A stretch of DNA of 64,000 nt from Felis catus (GCF_018350175.1 NC_058368.1:87732001-87796000); one strand, 5' to 3'. Positions 36,031-48,889 are shown, counted from the first letter of the stretch. The notes: generated by a model not told the origin, from the letters alone. Numbers and translations are program-made.

Positions 36031-36434
36031 AAAAGTAAACTGAGGCCTCTTAAAAATGTTACAAATTTATTTGAGCAAAACTGGATTGAAATCAGGCAGC
36101 ACACAGTCTCCCAGCAGATAGCAGGGAGTGCCAGGGAGCTGTAGGAAATGAAAGACTTAACCAGGCAGAACGGTGCAGGAATGAGGAAGTAATTCCAGGC
36201 AAGAAAGCAGGTGGCTTATGACAAGGCCACCTTCCTTTGGGGAAGGGACAGCAGGGGTCTACCAGGCAGATTTTGTCACTAGTGCTGACCAGGGAATCCT
36301 GATTGTCTGGTCGAAGCTCCCATTTCTGGGAGAGCTAACACTGTCATTGATTGTTTCAGTTTGGTGAGCTGGGGCTTAGAAGTGACTCCATATTTGGGGT
36401 CTGGAGTCTTGTTTTAATAATCCCTCCTACATTT

Positions 36435-37819
36435 TTAAAAAAATGTTTATTTATTTTTGACAGAGAGACAGAATGAGAGAGAGCAAAGCAGGGGAAGGGA
36501 GACAGAATCCGAAGCAGGCTCCAGGCTCTGAGCTGTCAGCATGGAGATCATGACCTGAGCCCAAATCTGAGGCTTAACCGACCAAGCCACCCAGGCTCCC
36601 CCTCCCCTTCACTCTTGATGTTGCAGATTCTGCTACTGAACCAGTAGCTGCCCAGCAAAAACGCCTTGAGCCTCTGGCCACAGATAGTCTTGATTATCTT
36701 TTAACTGAGTAAGGAGGTGTGTGCTGAGGCATTGGAAATCAAGGAGAAGGTTTGTGCCGGGCAGAATGACAGGATTGCCAGCATCGCATTGTGGAGAATC
36801 CAACAGACATTGGAGGTTAGATTATCCCCCTCGGCAATGGCCCGTGATATGTGGCCAGTGGCATTATCCGGTGTTTACAAATGACCAGATGGCAGGGGGA
36901 GCCTTCCTCAATTTGGAATACACACCCAAGTTTCGACACCTGGTGGCTTGGCAGTGGGGTCCATGGTCAAGAGTACTCAGCAGGGTCCTTTTGCTGAATC
37001 TTGCTCTTGCAAGAACGTCAGAGTAAAACAACGGTCTGTAAATGGCAAAAGTTAAAAATGCCCATGGTCAGGGGTGCCTGGGTGGCTCTGTCAGTTGGGC
37101 TCCCGGCTTCAGCTCAGGTCATGATCTTGTGGTTCACGAGTTTGAGCCCCACACCAGGCTCTGTGCTGACAGCTTGGAGCCTGGAGCCTGCTTCAGATTC
37201 TGTGTCTCCCTCTCTCTCTGCCCCTCCCCAGCTCACACTCTGTCTCTCTCTCCCTCAAAAATAAATAAAAACACTTTAAAAAATGCCGATGCTCAAACAT
37301 TTGGTGAGTGTTCTTTTGATAAGGAAGAGTAGATGTTTCTGTGGCATACAATTTAAGGTGCTAGCTGGACAAGGAGAGTATCAACAGATTTCTATGTACT
37401 TTGAGCATTTCATGGTATATTAGTAACATACACCCACACATACAACTTAAGGTTTACCATGATGTGTTTGAAGGTGCTTGCTGCATGATTTGTATACCAT
37501 AATTGCATATCAAATCAAGCTAACTGGTCTGACGTCTTTCTTTAACAAGGTGAGACACACGTCCTTTGAGATATTCCAGGATCCCTCCGGGAAATGTCAA
37601 AGTTATTTTGAGGTCAAAAGGCTCCAGGGGCGCCTGGGTGGCTCAGTCGGTTAAGCCACCAACTTCAGCTCAGGTAATGATCTCACAGTCAATGGATTTG
37701 AGCCCCACATCGGGCTCTGTGCTGACAGCTCAGAGCCTGGAACCTGCTTTGGATCCATGTCTCCCTCCCTCTGTCCCTCCCCTGATCATGCTGTGTCTCC
37801 CTCTCTCTCAAAAATAAAC

Positions 37820-37857
<38 letters not shown>

Positions 37858-38051
37858 ATATATATATATTTTAAGTTTAAAGACAACACGGGGAGCCTAT
37901 GTGGCTCGTCAGTTAAGTGTCCGACTTCATTCAGCTCAGGTCATGATCTCACGGTCCATGGATTTGAGCCCCACGTCAGACTCTATCCTGATGGTTCAGA
38001 GCCTGGAGCCCACTTCAGATTCTGTGTCTCCCTCTCTCTCTGTCCTTCCCC

Positions 38052-38091
<40 letters not shown>

Positions 38092-39650
38092 AATAAACAT
38101 TTAAAAAAAAATTTAAGGCTCCATTTAGAATTTGATTTGGGGAAAATGTCAGGTTTGGACATTTGATTAAATAGGATCACAGATTATTATGAAATAATAC
38201 TTACTCATCTACTCGACCAAAGTGGCAATTGAAGATGTTAAAGGCCCGACCCTGTTTAGCTTCCAAGATCAGATGAGATCAGGCGCATTCAGGGTGGTAT
38301 GGCGTAAGATGAGAAAACTGGATTTTCTTACATAATCAAAGACCTGCTAAAGACAATGTGAAACACAGTAAGGTTTTTTAGTAGGACACAAAATCTTGGC
38401 TGTCTGTGCAGATTATTTAAATGTTAAAAAAAATCCTGGTTATAATTTCTTATTTTTTTAAGTTTAGTTATTTATTTGAGACAAAGAGAGAATGAGCAGA
38501 GGAGGGGAAGAGAGAGAGAGGGATAGAGGATCTGAAGTGGGCTCTGAGCTGTCAGCACAGAGCCCTTCATGGGGCTCAAACTCACAAACCATGAGATGGT
38601 GACCTGAGCCAAAGTCGGATGCTTTACTGACTGAGCCACCCAGGTGCCCCTGAAAATGTGTCTTTGATTTGGTGTCTGACATCTGTCCTCTGTGAGGTTT
38701 TTTTTTTATTTTTTTAATTTTATTTATTATTATTATTTTTTCTTGAGAGACAGACATGAGCGGGGGAGGGGCAGAGAGAAAGAGGGAGACACAGAATCTG
38801 AAGCAGGCTCCAGGATCTGAACTGTCAGCACAGAGGCCGATGTGGGGCTCAAACCCACAAAAGAAAGATCATGACCTGAGCTGAAGTCAGCCCCTTACCC
38901 AAGAGCCACCCAGGTGCCCCTCCAAAATCCTGATCTTTTACGGTATCTGTAAGCATCATGAAATGGATACAGGACATTTGGGGAATGGTAAAGACAGGTG
39001 GACCTTGAATTGTTTCTAGAGCTGCATTTCTGCTTTTGCAAAGCAAAATCCCTTATGGGATAAGGACAGTGGCTTTTAATTCCCCCAAAGAATCATAGTA
39101 GAGCCTGAGTGATATCAAGGCGCTGATGCAGCCATCCAGCCATATTACACTCAATTTGCTTCGTGATATCAGGAACATTTCCAACTACAATGGAAAGCAA
39201 AAGATTCCTATGTTCTAGGTTTACAGCTGTGTGTCTTTGGAATATTTCAGTACATGCTTCAGCACAAAAGGCTTCAGAATGTTTTCCTTTATCTCTGTGT
39301 ACATAGCTTTATTTTAACTTAGGAGAGGAGGCCTAAAAATAAGTTCCTAGCAGGCTCTGAATATCAGCTTCCAGTTTGGCCAACCTGTGATGATAGAGCC
39401 ATGTTTAAAAAAAAATCCTTTTAGGGGAGACTGGGTGGCTCAATTAGTTAAGCATCCTATTTCGGCTCAGGTCATGATCATGTAGTTCATGGATTTGAGC
39501 CCCATGTCAGGCTTTGTGCTGACAGCTCACAGCCTGGAGCCTGCTTCGGATTCTGTGTCTCCCTCTCTCTCTGCCCCTCACCTGCCCATGCTCTGTGTCT
39601 CTCTCTCTCAAAAATAAATACACATTACAAAAATTTTTTAATAAAAAAAA
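36435..39650. mobile_element. CAN-SINEs at about 36435-36602-, 37070-37283+, 37627-37820+, 37890-38112+, 38455-38650-, 38700-38920-, 39423-39650+
   Basis: SINE heads and tails. Confidence 0.85.
38242..38308 (-). pseudogene. 5S rRNA pseudogene, 5' half only
   Basis: Minus strand TACGCCATACCACCCTGAATGCGCCTGATCTCATCTGATCTTGGAAGCTAAACAGGGTCGGGCCT matches 5S nt ~4-69 with CpG decay. Confidence 0.92.
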
Positions 39651-40009
39651 ACCAAAGATCTAATTTTTAAAAATGTTTTTCTCCTGCCAGTCCGAATTTG
39701 GAAAGAAAGGGACAACGTGAGATTTTACCTTCCTCTCTCCATCAGGCACCATAGATGGAGATCTGCTAAGACTTCTCACCCTTTGCCAGCTCCTGCTTTT
39801 ACTCCCAGGACATCATCTGCAGGTTCTGGAGTGAGCCTGGTGTCCCAGCAGGTCTCATCTTGGTCACCAGAAAATGTAAAGGAGGAAAAACAATTTTCTG
39901 TCGAGCCTTTATGGTGACTACTTGGCTGAGCCCCCTTTTTCTCTGGGACACCTCTTCATCTAGGTTAAAAGTTCTCCACTGTGGCCACTGTGTCTCAGGA
40001 TTATCTTTG

Positions 40010-41095
40010 GACATCCAGATGGCTAATAGACACATGAAAAGATGCTCAACATCACTCATCATCAAGGAAATATAAAGCAAAACCAGGATGAGATACCTCC
40101 TCACATCTATCAGAATGGCCAAAACTAACAACTCAAGAAACAACAGATGTTGGCAAGGGTGTGGAGAAAGGGTAACCTTCTTGCACTGCTGGTGGGAATG
40201 CAAACTTGTGCAGCCACTCTGGAAAACAGTATGGAGGTTCCTCAAAAAGTTAAAAATAGACCTACCCTATGACCCAGCAATTACACTACTAGGTATTTAC
40301 CCAAAGGATAAAAAAAATGCTGATTCAAAGGGACACATACACCCCAATGTTTATAGCAGCACTATCAACAATAGCCAAATTATGGAAAGAGCCCAAATGT
40401 CTGTCAACTGATGATGGACAAAGAGGATCTCTTTTGCACTGCTAGTGAGAATGCAAACTGGTGCAACCACTCTGGAAAACAGTATGGAGGTTCCTCAAAA
40501 AAACTAAAAATAGGACTACCCTATGACCCAGCAATTGCACTACTAGGTATTTATCCAAGGGAAACAGGTGTGCTGTTTCAAAGGGGTACATGCACCCCAA
40601 TGTTTATAGCAGTGCTATCCACAATAGCCAAATTATGGAAAGAGCCCAAATGTCCATCAACTGATGATGGATAAAGAGGATGTGGTATATACATGCATTG
40701 GAATAGTACTCGGTGATGAAAACAAAATGAAATATTGCCATTTGCAACAACATGAATGGAGCTAGAGTGTATTATGTGCTAAGTGAAATAAGTCAGTCAG
40801 AGAAAGAAAATACCATATGATTTAAGTCATATGTGGAATTTAAGAAACAAAGCAAATGAGCAAAGGGAAAATAAGAGAGAGAGAGGCAAAACAAGAAACT
40901 GACTCTTAACTATAAAGAACACACTGATGGTTACCAGAAGGGAGATGGGTCGGGGGTGTATTAAATGGGAGATAGGGATGAAGGAGTATACCTGTTGTGA
41001 TGAGCACTGGGAGTTGTTGAATCAATTCTACACTTGCAACTCATTTTACACTGTATGTTAACTAACTAGAATTAAAATTAAAACTTAAAAGGAAA
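40010..41095 (+). mobile_element. LINE-1 3' end (ORF2 C-terminus plus 3'UTR) with an internal ~253-bp duplicated block
   Basis: [30 protein letters not shown]. Confidence 0.92.
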
Positions 41096-41704
41096 AAGAT
41101 TATCTCTGGTAATGTTAAACTGCTTGTTCAGCCTTTAAACAAAATCCGATTTACCTGAGGCTTCACATAGGACCCAATCCAACCCCAGACCTAGCCCAGT
41201 TTCTAAGTCAGACCCAGTCTGACTTCAGCCGATTTCCAGTCTGGAAAGAGACATGCTCTGGTAAAGTCTGAAAGCTCATAACACAGGAGGACCAGGACCA
41301 ACCAGGACTTACCCATGACTACTGGAGGCGGCAAGACAACCATGGGCTCAGAGGGGCTCAGCAGGTGCCTGTGCCTGGTTCCCGGTTGCTCTGGGACTGA
41401 CAGGGGTTTCCCTGAGGTCCCACTTCTGATACCAGCACTGCTGAAAGAGAAACTGAGGTATATTGAAAATTGTGAGAGTGTATTTCAGCAAAAACTGATT
41501 TGAATCAGGCAGCACCCAGTCTTGAAGATAAGAAGGCGTTCGGAGGAGCCGAAAATGAAAGACTTCTATAGGCAGAAAGTGGGGAAGCAAGGAAGTCATA
41601 CGGGGCCAAAGGTGGGTGATTATTGCAAGGTCACTTTCCTTTAGGGAGGGGACAGCAGGGGCCTATCAGTCAGATTAGTGGGACAGGGTGATTCCTGATT
41701 GTTT

Positions 41705-44700
41705 CATTTTAAGTTTATTTATTTATTTTGAGAGAGAGAGAGAGAGCGAGAGAGAACAGAGAATCCCGAGCAGGCTCCTCGCTGTCAGTGCAGAGCCCAA
41801 CACGGGGCTCGAACCCACAAATTGTGAGATTATGACATGAGCCAAAGTTGGACACTTAACCTACATTTTTACCAGGTGCCCCAACATTTTTACTTTTTTT
41901 TTTTTTTTTTTAGTTTATTTTTGAGAGAGAGCGTGAGCAGGGGCTGAGCAGAGAGAGAGGGATACAGAGGATATGAGCCAGGCTCCATGCTGTCAGCACT
42001 GAGCCCGCATCGGGGTTTGAACTCAGGAACCGGTTGAGATCACAACCTGAGCCAAAGTCAGACACTCAACCCATGGAGCCACCCAGGCTCCCCACACGAT
42101 TTTTGCATATCTGTATGTAGACGGGAAGTAATAGAAATATACTATATACGCATGAGGACGGGAGCTCACTCTCATGGAGGAACAAGTAACCAGAAAGGCC
42201 TGTGTGGCCTCCAGAGCATTTTGTCCCCTGACCCCAGCCCCTGGGGCACCCGAAACCTGTCCTAGGTGGGGAATGGGTAGCTGTGCAGCTCAGGGGCTGA
42301 GGGGCCAGCACATCTGGTCTTTGTGTCTGCGTGTCTGTGTGGGCACTGAGATGGCAATGATCCATCCCACAAGCTGCTCACCCAACACCAGATTCAGTTC
42401 CCTGACCCACCCCCCACCTCCCCTCCACCGTGGTCTCCAGCCTTTCATTCCCACCTGGAGCTGGGATTTGACTGAAGACCCCCTCTTTCCTGCCTGCTGA
42501 AACAACATGGAAATGAGCACAGGAAGAAAAGGACGGGCCCAGCCTGGGAAGCAACCCCAAAACCTTGCATGGGTGCGGGGTTAGCACCTGTCTCCTCCAG
42601 GGTCTTGTACACAAGGCTGGCCACAGGAGCCCCAGCACCCCCGCCACGGCCTTTGTTTCAGGTGCACGCTGGAGGCTGTCTCCAGGACAAAGGCTGGCCA
42701 AGCTGCCTTCCTTCTTTGCTTTGTGAACCTGCAAAGCGTGCAAGGAGGTTTACCTCTTCTCTGCAGAGCTCCAGTGTGCGTGCACTGTCACTGCAGGCAC
42801 CCACCTACCTGCAGCTCCCAGCCCCAACCATTATGGTCTGGCACCCTTCCTGCATCTGCAGGGTGCTGCCTCCCCGCAGAGCCCTACCCCCACCCCACAC
42901 CCCTGCAGGATCCATAAGCAGCGAGTGCTGCTGTAGTTGTTGGGGGCGGGGGGGCTTGCAACATTTCATCTACAGCAATGCTCATTGGTGGGAATGTGTA
43001 AGACACCAGGCTGGGGTGGGGCAAAAACACTGCACAGCATCTTTATCCCAGCAAAGAAAAAGGATGGTGTCTGTGGTGGGCACAGGAATTCAGGATGATG
43101 AAATGTGCTCCTTTCACTGACTCCATCATTTGTTCCACATAGTTAAGGAATTGCTACCAGCACCAGGCACTGTGCACTGAAACCATTAAGAAAAAAAAGT
43201 GTTTTTATTTTTTATTTTTTTATCATTCCACCTTCTTTTTAAATTACTCTTCTAGAGGCGCCTGGGTGGCTCAGTTGGATAAGCATCCAACTCTTGATGT
43301 TAGTTTAGGTTGTGATCTCATGGTTGGTGAGATTGAGCCCTGCAGTCAGACTGTGCTCTGGGTGTGGAGTCAGCTTGGGATTCTCTCTCTCTCCCTCTGA
43401 CCCTCCCATGCTTCCAAGTGCTCACTCCCTCTCTCAAAAAAAAGACAGGTCCAGGGCGCCTGGGTGGCTCAGTCGGTTGAGTGTCCAACTTCGGCCCAAG
43501 TCATGATCTCACAGTTTGTGGATTTGAGCCCCACATTGGGTTCTGTGCTGAACACTTGCTCAGAGTCTGGAGCCTGTTTCGGATTCTGTGTCTCCCTCTT
43601 GCTCTCTGCCCCTCCTCTGTTCGTGTGTGCGTGCTCTCTCTAAGATAATAAACATTCAAAAAAAATGGTATATAAGCTCTCCCTCCAATCTCACCACTTT
43701 GGGAGATAGTCACCCTTTTCCCCTGGGAGGCCCCCATGCATGTAATAATAAAAATTAATAAATTCATACACCTTTTCTCCTGTCAATCTGCCTGTTGTCG
43801 GTTCACTTCCCAGAACCAGCTATCAAAGCCAGGAGGGTGGAGTGAAAGCATTTCCTCCCCAACATTATAAATGTGTTAGAGCTTCAATATCCACCGGAAG
43901 TGAGCCTCACTGAGACAGAAAGACCTTCTCCAAACAGTGAGTTTCAAGACTATGTCAGAGAAGTCTGTGCTCACGAAATCTGCAGGTAAAAGGAAAGAGA
44001 TTCTTGCTTGGAGTGCACCTCGTGTGCAAGATCGGGCTTCCGACGTCTCCCACTGGTGCTGGGAAGCAAGACTAATCATTTTTATACTCATTAACTCCCA
44101 CAGAAAAAAAATAATGATGGCTACAAAAGTGGTTTGGGGTAATGATCCAGAAACAAACTTTTTTTTCTATTTCCTTAAGGCACCTTCTATTCAAAGGCTT
44201 TATTCTTTTAATGGAGTCAGCGATTATAGAATTCAGTACAATTTCATCTACAATACTTTCATCTTTCCAGGAGAGACCAATTATAAGATTTTGGACTTTT
44301 GTTTGTCAGAAACTGAAACACAGAGTGATGCATTGGTGTTTTACTATTTTTCTTCTACACATCACATCATAAGTAGTGTTCCTTCTTCAAAATTGAGTGC
44401 AATTCACTATCCAAATATTTAAAATTTCTTGGCACCAATCAGCCTGATTTTCAGGGTCAGCTCCTGCCTCCCACGTGTTTAACTCGGGACATATTTTCTT
44501 CAGCCTTTTGCTACCCATCCATAAAATGGAGTTGATAATAGTGCATACCAGGAAAGGATCTTATCAGCACTAATGTGAATTATGTATTAAATGGTTACCT
44601 AGATGATAATGAGCTCTATAGAAATGTTTGTTAAATGAAGGTAAATAGATAAAATGGTCAATGCTGAGTATATCCAAAGCAGCTTAAGGCACCCACAATC

Positions 44701-45346
44701 TCAAGAGGCCCATAGATCTCACAGGACATGTGTGAACACACAAGACATGTTTGTACAGACATATTTGCACATAGAGGGCATTTGTGTGGGTATCTTGAAA
44801 GCATCTTGCTGACTGTTCTGAAGCTGTGATCCATTTTGTCTGTTGGGGGCACCGTTAAGTTTCCTGGCCTCTGGATGGTTACAGTGGCCAGGTAAGTGAC
44901 ACCCAGACCAGACCTTAGACCTTCTCAAAGTGTGATATGCATCTGAGTCTGTTTAAAATACATCTGGTGCACCTGGGTGGCTCAGTCGGTTAAGTGTCCA
45001 ACTCTTTTTTTTTTAATGTTTATTTATTTTGGGAAGACAGAGCATGAGCGGGGGAGGGATAGAGAGAGAGGGAAACACAGAACCCGAAGCAGGCTCCAGG
45101 CTCTGACCTGTCAGCACAGAGCCCAGTGCAGGGCTCAAACCCACAAACTGTGAGATCATGACTGGAGCCAAAGTCAGACACTTGACTGACTGAGCCACTC
45201 AGGTACCCAAGAGTCCAATTTTTGACTTGAGCTCAGGTCATGCTCTCACCGTTCTTGAGATTGAACCCCACATCGGGGTCTGTGCTGACAGTGTGGAGCC
45301 TGCTTGGGAGTCTGTCTCCCTCTTCTCTCTGCCCCTTCCCCACTTG

Positions 45347-45378
<32 letters not shown>

Positions 45379-45718
45379 ATAAATAAAAATAAACTTAAAA
45401 AAAAAAAGAAAAAGTGGGGCCTGGGTGGCTCAGTCGGTTGAGCATCCGACTTCGGCTCAGGTCATGATCTTGCAGTTTGTGAGTTTGAGCCCCACGTCGG
45501 GCTCTGTGCTGACAGCTCAGAGCCTGGAGCCTGTTTCCCATTCTGTGTCTCCCTCTCTCTCTGCCCCTCCCCCGTTCATGCTCTGTCTGTCTCTCTCTGT
45601 CAAAAATAAACATTAAAAAATTTTAAAAAAAAGAAAAAAATACAACTTTTGAGTCAATACCTTTGAAATGGGGCCCAGGATTCTGCATTTCTATTTTTTC
45701 TTATGTTTATTTATTTAT

Positions 45719-45754
<36 letters not shown>

Positions 45755-45906
45755 CACAGGGTAGGAGCAAAGATTGGAAGAGAATCCCAAGCAGGTTCCA
45801 TGCTCAGTGTGGCCCAACACAGGTCTCAACCTCAAGACCATGAAATCATGACCTGAGCCCAAATCAAGAGTCAGACTCTCAACCCACTGAGCCACCCAGG
45901 CACCCC
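41705..45906. mobile_element. CAN-SINEs at about 41705-41882-, 41895-42093-, 43254-43443+, 43453-43665+, 44966-45410+ (with nested - copy 45006-45210), 45415-45640+, 45690-45906-
   Basis: SINE heads and tails. Confidence 0.85.
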
Positions 45907-46059
45907 AAGAGTCTGCATTTCTGAGCTTCCCAGGTGTGATGCTCAAGTAAGTAAATTCTTAACACCTTATATTTCCATCTTGGCATTTAACATATAGGAG
46001 ACCTTAACTCATGTCTATAGGAGTTAATTTAATGGGGGAGGCAACTCAGGGACTGACAA

Positions 46060-46990
46060 CTTCTGGTGAAAACAAGACAACATATCCAAAATGGAGTGCC
46101 TCATGCTAAGTGCCATGTCACAGAACCAAGACTGAATGTATTGCAAGTGTCAGCTGTCCCAGAAGTGGAGCATTAAGCTCCAGTGAATCAGGAATCCCCT
46201 GATTGTGGTAGGCCGGGGCCCGGTGCCAGGCTGAGACCGGGTCGAGCAACGGTTCCCTGCTGACTCAGCCAACCCAGTGGTTCCCCCTCCCATTCCCCCA
46301 TTTTCAAGGGCATACGAAAGCCTTGTCAAGGCTGAGAAAGTTAATTCCTGAAGCCTGTGGTCTGTGGGTGTTGGCAGTAATGTTACCTCCCCTTTTATCT
46401 ACCCCGAGTCAAATAGAAACAAACATGGGAACTGTGTTTTGCTAGCAATCTTATCAACAAGGTCTTGCTGTGACCCGTTTAGAAAATTCACAAGGAACAC
46501 AGAACTAAATGTTTTGGTTGGCAGCGATTATGTGAAACCTGTTTATTCTTAGAATGGCCTGACCCTTATGAGTCTTGATATAAAAGATTGTGTACAGCAA
46601 CAATAAAGCCATCACTTGGGCCATCAGCCCAGGGGACCCTCCTGTTCCCAAACTGTCTTCTCTTCTCTCTTTTTTTCCTTACATTCCCCTACCCTCAGGA
46701 CCCTGATCTCGGTGTTTGTTGCGCCGGTCACAACACTGATCAGCACTAGTGAGGTAATCAGTCTGATAGGCCTCTTCCATTCTCTAAAAGAAAGTGACCT
46801 CGCAATAATGCTATTTTTCCTTTCCTGTGACTTCTTGTTCCCTCTCTGTTCTGCCGATACAAGTCTTTCATTTTGTATGGCTCCATGGAAATCTTCTCTA
46901 TCTGTTAAATTGGATGTTGCCTGATTCTAAGCAACTTTTGTTCAATAGATTCTTAATATTTTTGGTAGGCCTCAGTTTAGCCTGTAACAA
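46060..46990 (+). mobile_element. Solo LTR of the same family as the 35793/41439 LTRs, opposite orientation, split by a nested LTR
   Basis: 46740-46990 is the reverse complement of the 41439-41700 LTR motifs; ends in TGTAACA. Confidence 0.65.
46204..46735 (+). mobile_element. Solo LTR, 532 bp, TG...CA, 5-bp TSD CTGAT
   Basis: CTGAT at 46199-46203 and 46736-46740; TATAAA and AATAAA near 46578-46607. Confidence 0.85.
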
Positions 46991-47547
46991 TTCTATAAGC
47001 CTGTGTTCTGATGCGTTCACAGACAAGATGAGACCCTAGATACAAAGTACCTAGCACGCAGCGATCACTTCAAAAGAAATTAGTCAGCATTGAAATCAAA
47101 GGACTGTTTCCCCGGAAGCCCCTTCATCAGTCCTTCCACTTGCAAGTCTGCCCTGTTGCTACACCTCCAATGTGAGTGCCTTCACAGATTTTCAGTGTTC
47201 AGCCGTTTGGATTTACGCCTGAATTCTGACATTGGCCTTTTGTTGGGGGAATGATGGGAAATAAATAGTTAAGTTATTCCCATTCCCCTTTGCTGAATAA
47301 GCATCAGCTTGTCCTCCCTAGCTTTGGGCCTCAGAAACGTGTTTACCCCTTGCCCGGAGAAGATGGAGATGCAGCGTTAAACCGACTTTTATTTCCTTAT
47401 TTATTATTATTGTTGTTATTGTTTATGTTTATTTTTATTATTATTATTTACCCCATCCAGAACCGGTGACCACACAAAGGCCCCTCCTCTCCCGGTTTGA
47501 ACAAAGATGCTCAACCTGACTCCCTGCGCGAGGCACCTGCGTCTTCG

Positions 47548-47693
47548 GATTGGTGGGATTGCCATCCAATAGGAAATAAGAGCCAGCATCTGCTATTTAC
47601 ATAAACTCCTAGCGGTCCCAGAGGCTCACAGCCTGCCGTCCAATCAGATTCCCGCGACTTGGAGGCTTCATTTGAATATGGACACAATAAATA
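47548..47693 (+). promoter_or_regulatory. Degenerate H2B-type promoter
   Basis: CCAAT boxes, mutated octamer ATTTGAAT 47670-47677, AATAAATA 47686-47693. Confidence 0.7.
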
Positions 47694-47991
47694 GCGCTGC
47701 CTGCGCTCGGCGCACTCATCTCGGTTCCTGCGACTGCACCGCCCGGGTTTCGGTGTCTGGTCCGCGGCCCCCTGCCCCTTCGCCCGCACACTCGCGCCCC
47801 AGCTACCTCCACTCTAGCCGCCTCCTGGCGTTCCTGCGTACCCCGCCAGCCCCGAGCCCGCGTCCCTGCGACGCCCCCGCCGCCCCCACCCGGGCATCCG
47901 CGCCCCCCTTGGAGCCCCTGTGCCCGCGCTGCCTGAGCCCCGGAGTCCCCACCGCTGCGTTGCCCCACCCCCAACCCCGCGCTGCCCGGCC

Positions 47992-48369
47992 AAGCCGGAT
48001 CCTTCCCACTCCGCCCAAGAAGGGCTCCAAGAGGGCCGTCACCAAAGCGCAGAAGAAAGAGCAGCCGCAAGGAGAGCTACTCCATCTACGTGTACAAGGT
48101 GCTGAAGCAGGTGCACCCCGACACCAGCATCTCGTCTAAGATCATGGGCATCATGAACTCGTTTGTCAACGACATCTTCGAGCACATCGCCAGCGAGGCC
48201 CCTGCCTCGACCATCACGTCCTGCGAGGTGCAGACGGCCGTGCGCCTGCTGCTGCCGGGCGAACTGGCCAAGCACGCTGTGTCTGAGGGCACCAAGGCCG
48301 TCACCAAGTACACCAGCTCCAAGTGAGGCGCGCCGGGCGCCCTGGAACCCAAAGGCTATTTTCAGAGCC
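47992..48369 (+). pseudogene. H2BC27P: Histone H2B pseudogene (probable H2BU2P/HIST3H2BA orthologue)
   Basis: Start ATG replaced by AAG (AAG CCG GAT CCT TCC), frameshifting deletions in the N-tail, loss of most of SRLAHYNKR, mutated stem-loop GGCTATTTTCAGAGCC 48354-48369. Confidence 0.88.
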
Positions 48370-48889
48370 ACCTCTGTGCTCAGAAAGGAGACTGCCAGCC
48401 GCTCTGGTTGTGATGTACTGCTCCGGCAGGGTTCTGGGGGGCGCTGCAATTTGCCACGGAAAGCGAGACTGGACTTCAAAGGCGCAGACCCTGCAAAGGC
48501 GCGTTGAGTCAGCATCTACCCAGCCAGCAGCCAGAGAGGGCACGGCCTTAGCTTTAGGCAGAGACCCGGTCACCTCCAGGAAGGCTTCAGGCCAACCTCC
48601 CTACTAGCACCCCCGTGTCTCTTAATGGATTAGGTCTGCGTGCGCTGGACGGATGTGGGGTTGGATGAGGCCCTGGGTGTTGGGCTCAGTCTTGGCGGTG
48701 ACGCTTGGGCTGATCCTTCCCTCCTTTACCTCTTGTCAAATACACGAAAGCAGTGTTCAGTTTAAGCAGCTTTTTGTGGGCACCACAGTTCCTGTTTGAA
48801 AAATCAGAACAGCGGGTGCACAGGTAATGGCCTCCATCATCATACTCTGCTAAAATCATTCATATTAGGAGATCAGTTTATGTGGGGTT

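Larger units (their letters stand above)
35793..41700 (-). mobile_element. Old ERV provirus: 5' LTR about 41439-41700, tRNA-Leu PBS 41418-41434, 3' LTR about 35793-36420; interrupted by SINEs, L1 and a 5S fragment
   Basis: Two homologous LTRs (AAACTGAGG...AATCAGGCAGCAC...AAATGAAAGACTT...GGGACAGCAGGGG); PBS TGGTATCAGAAGTGGGA. Confidence 0.75.

Noticed and set aside
48090..48326. 78-aa H2B-like ORF as a functional variant
   Set aside because: Lacks the N-terminus and ATG, has a deletion in the histone fold, and both octamer and stem-loop are mutated
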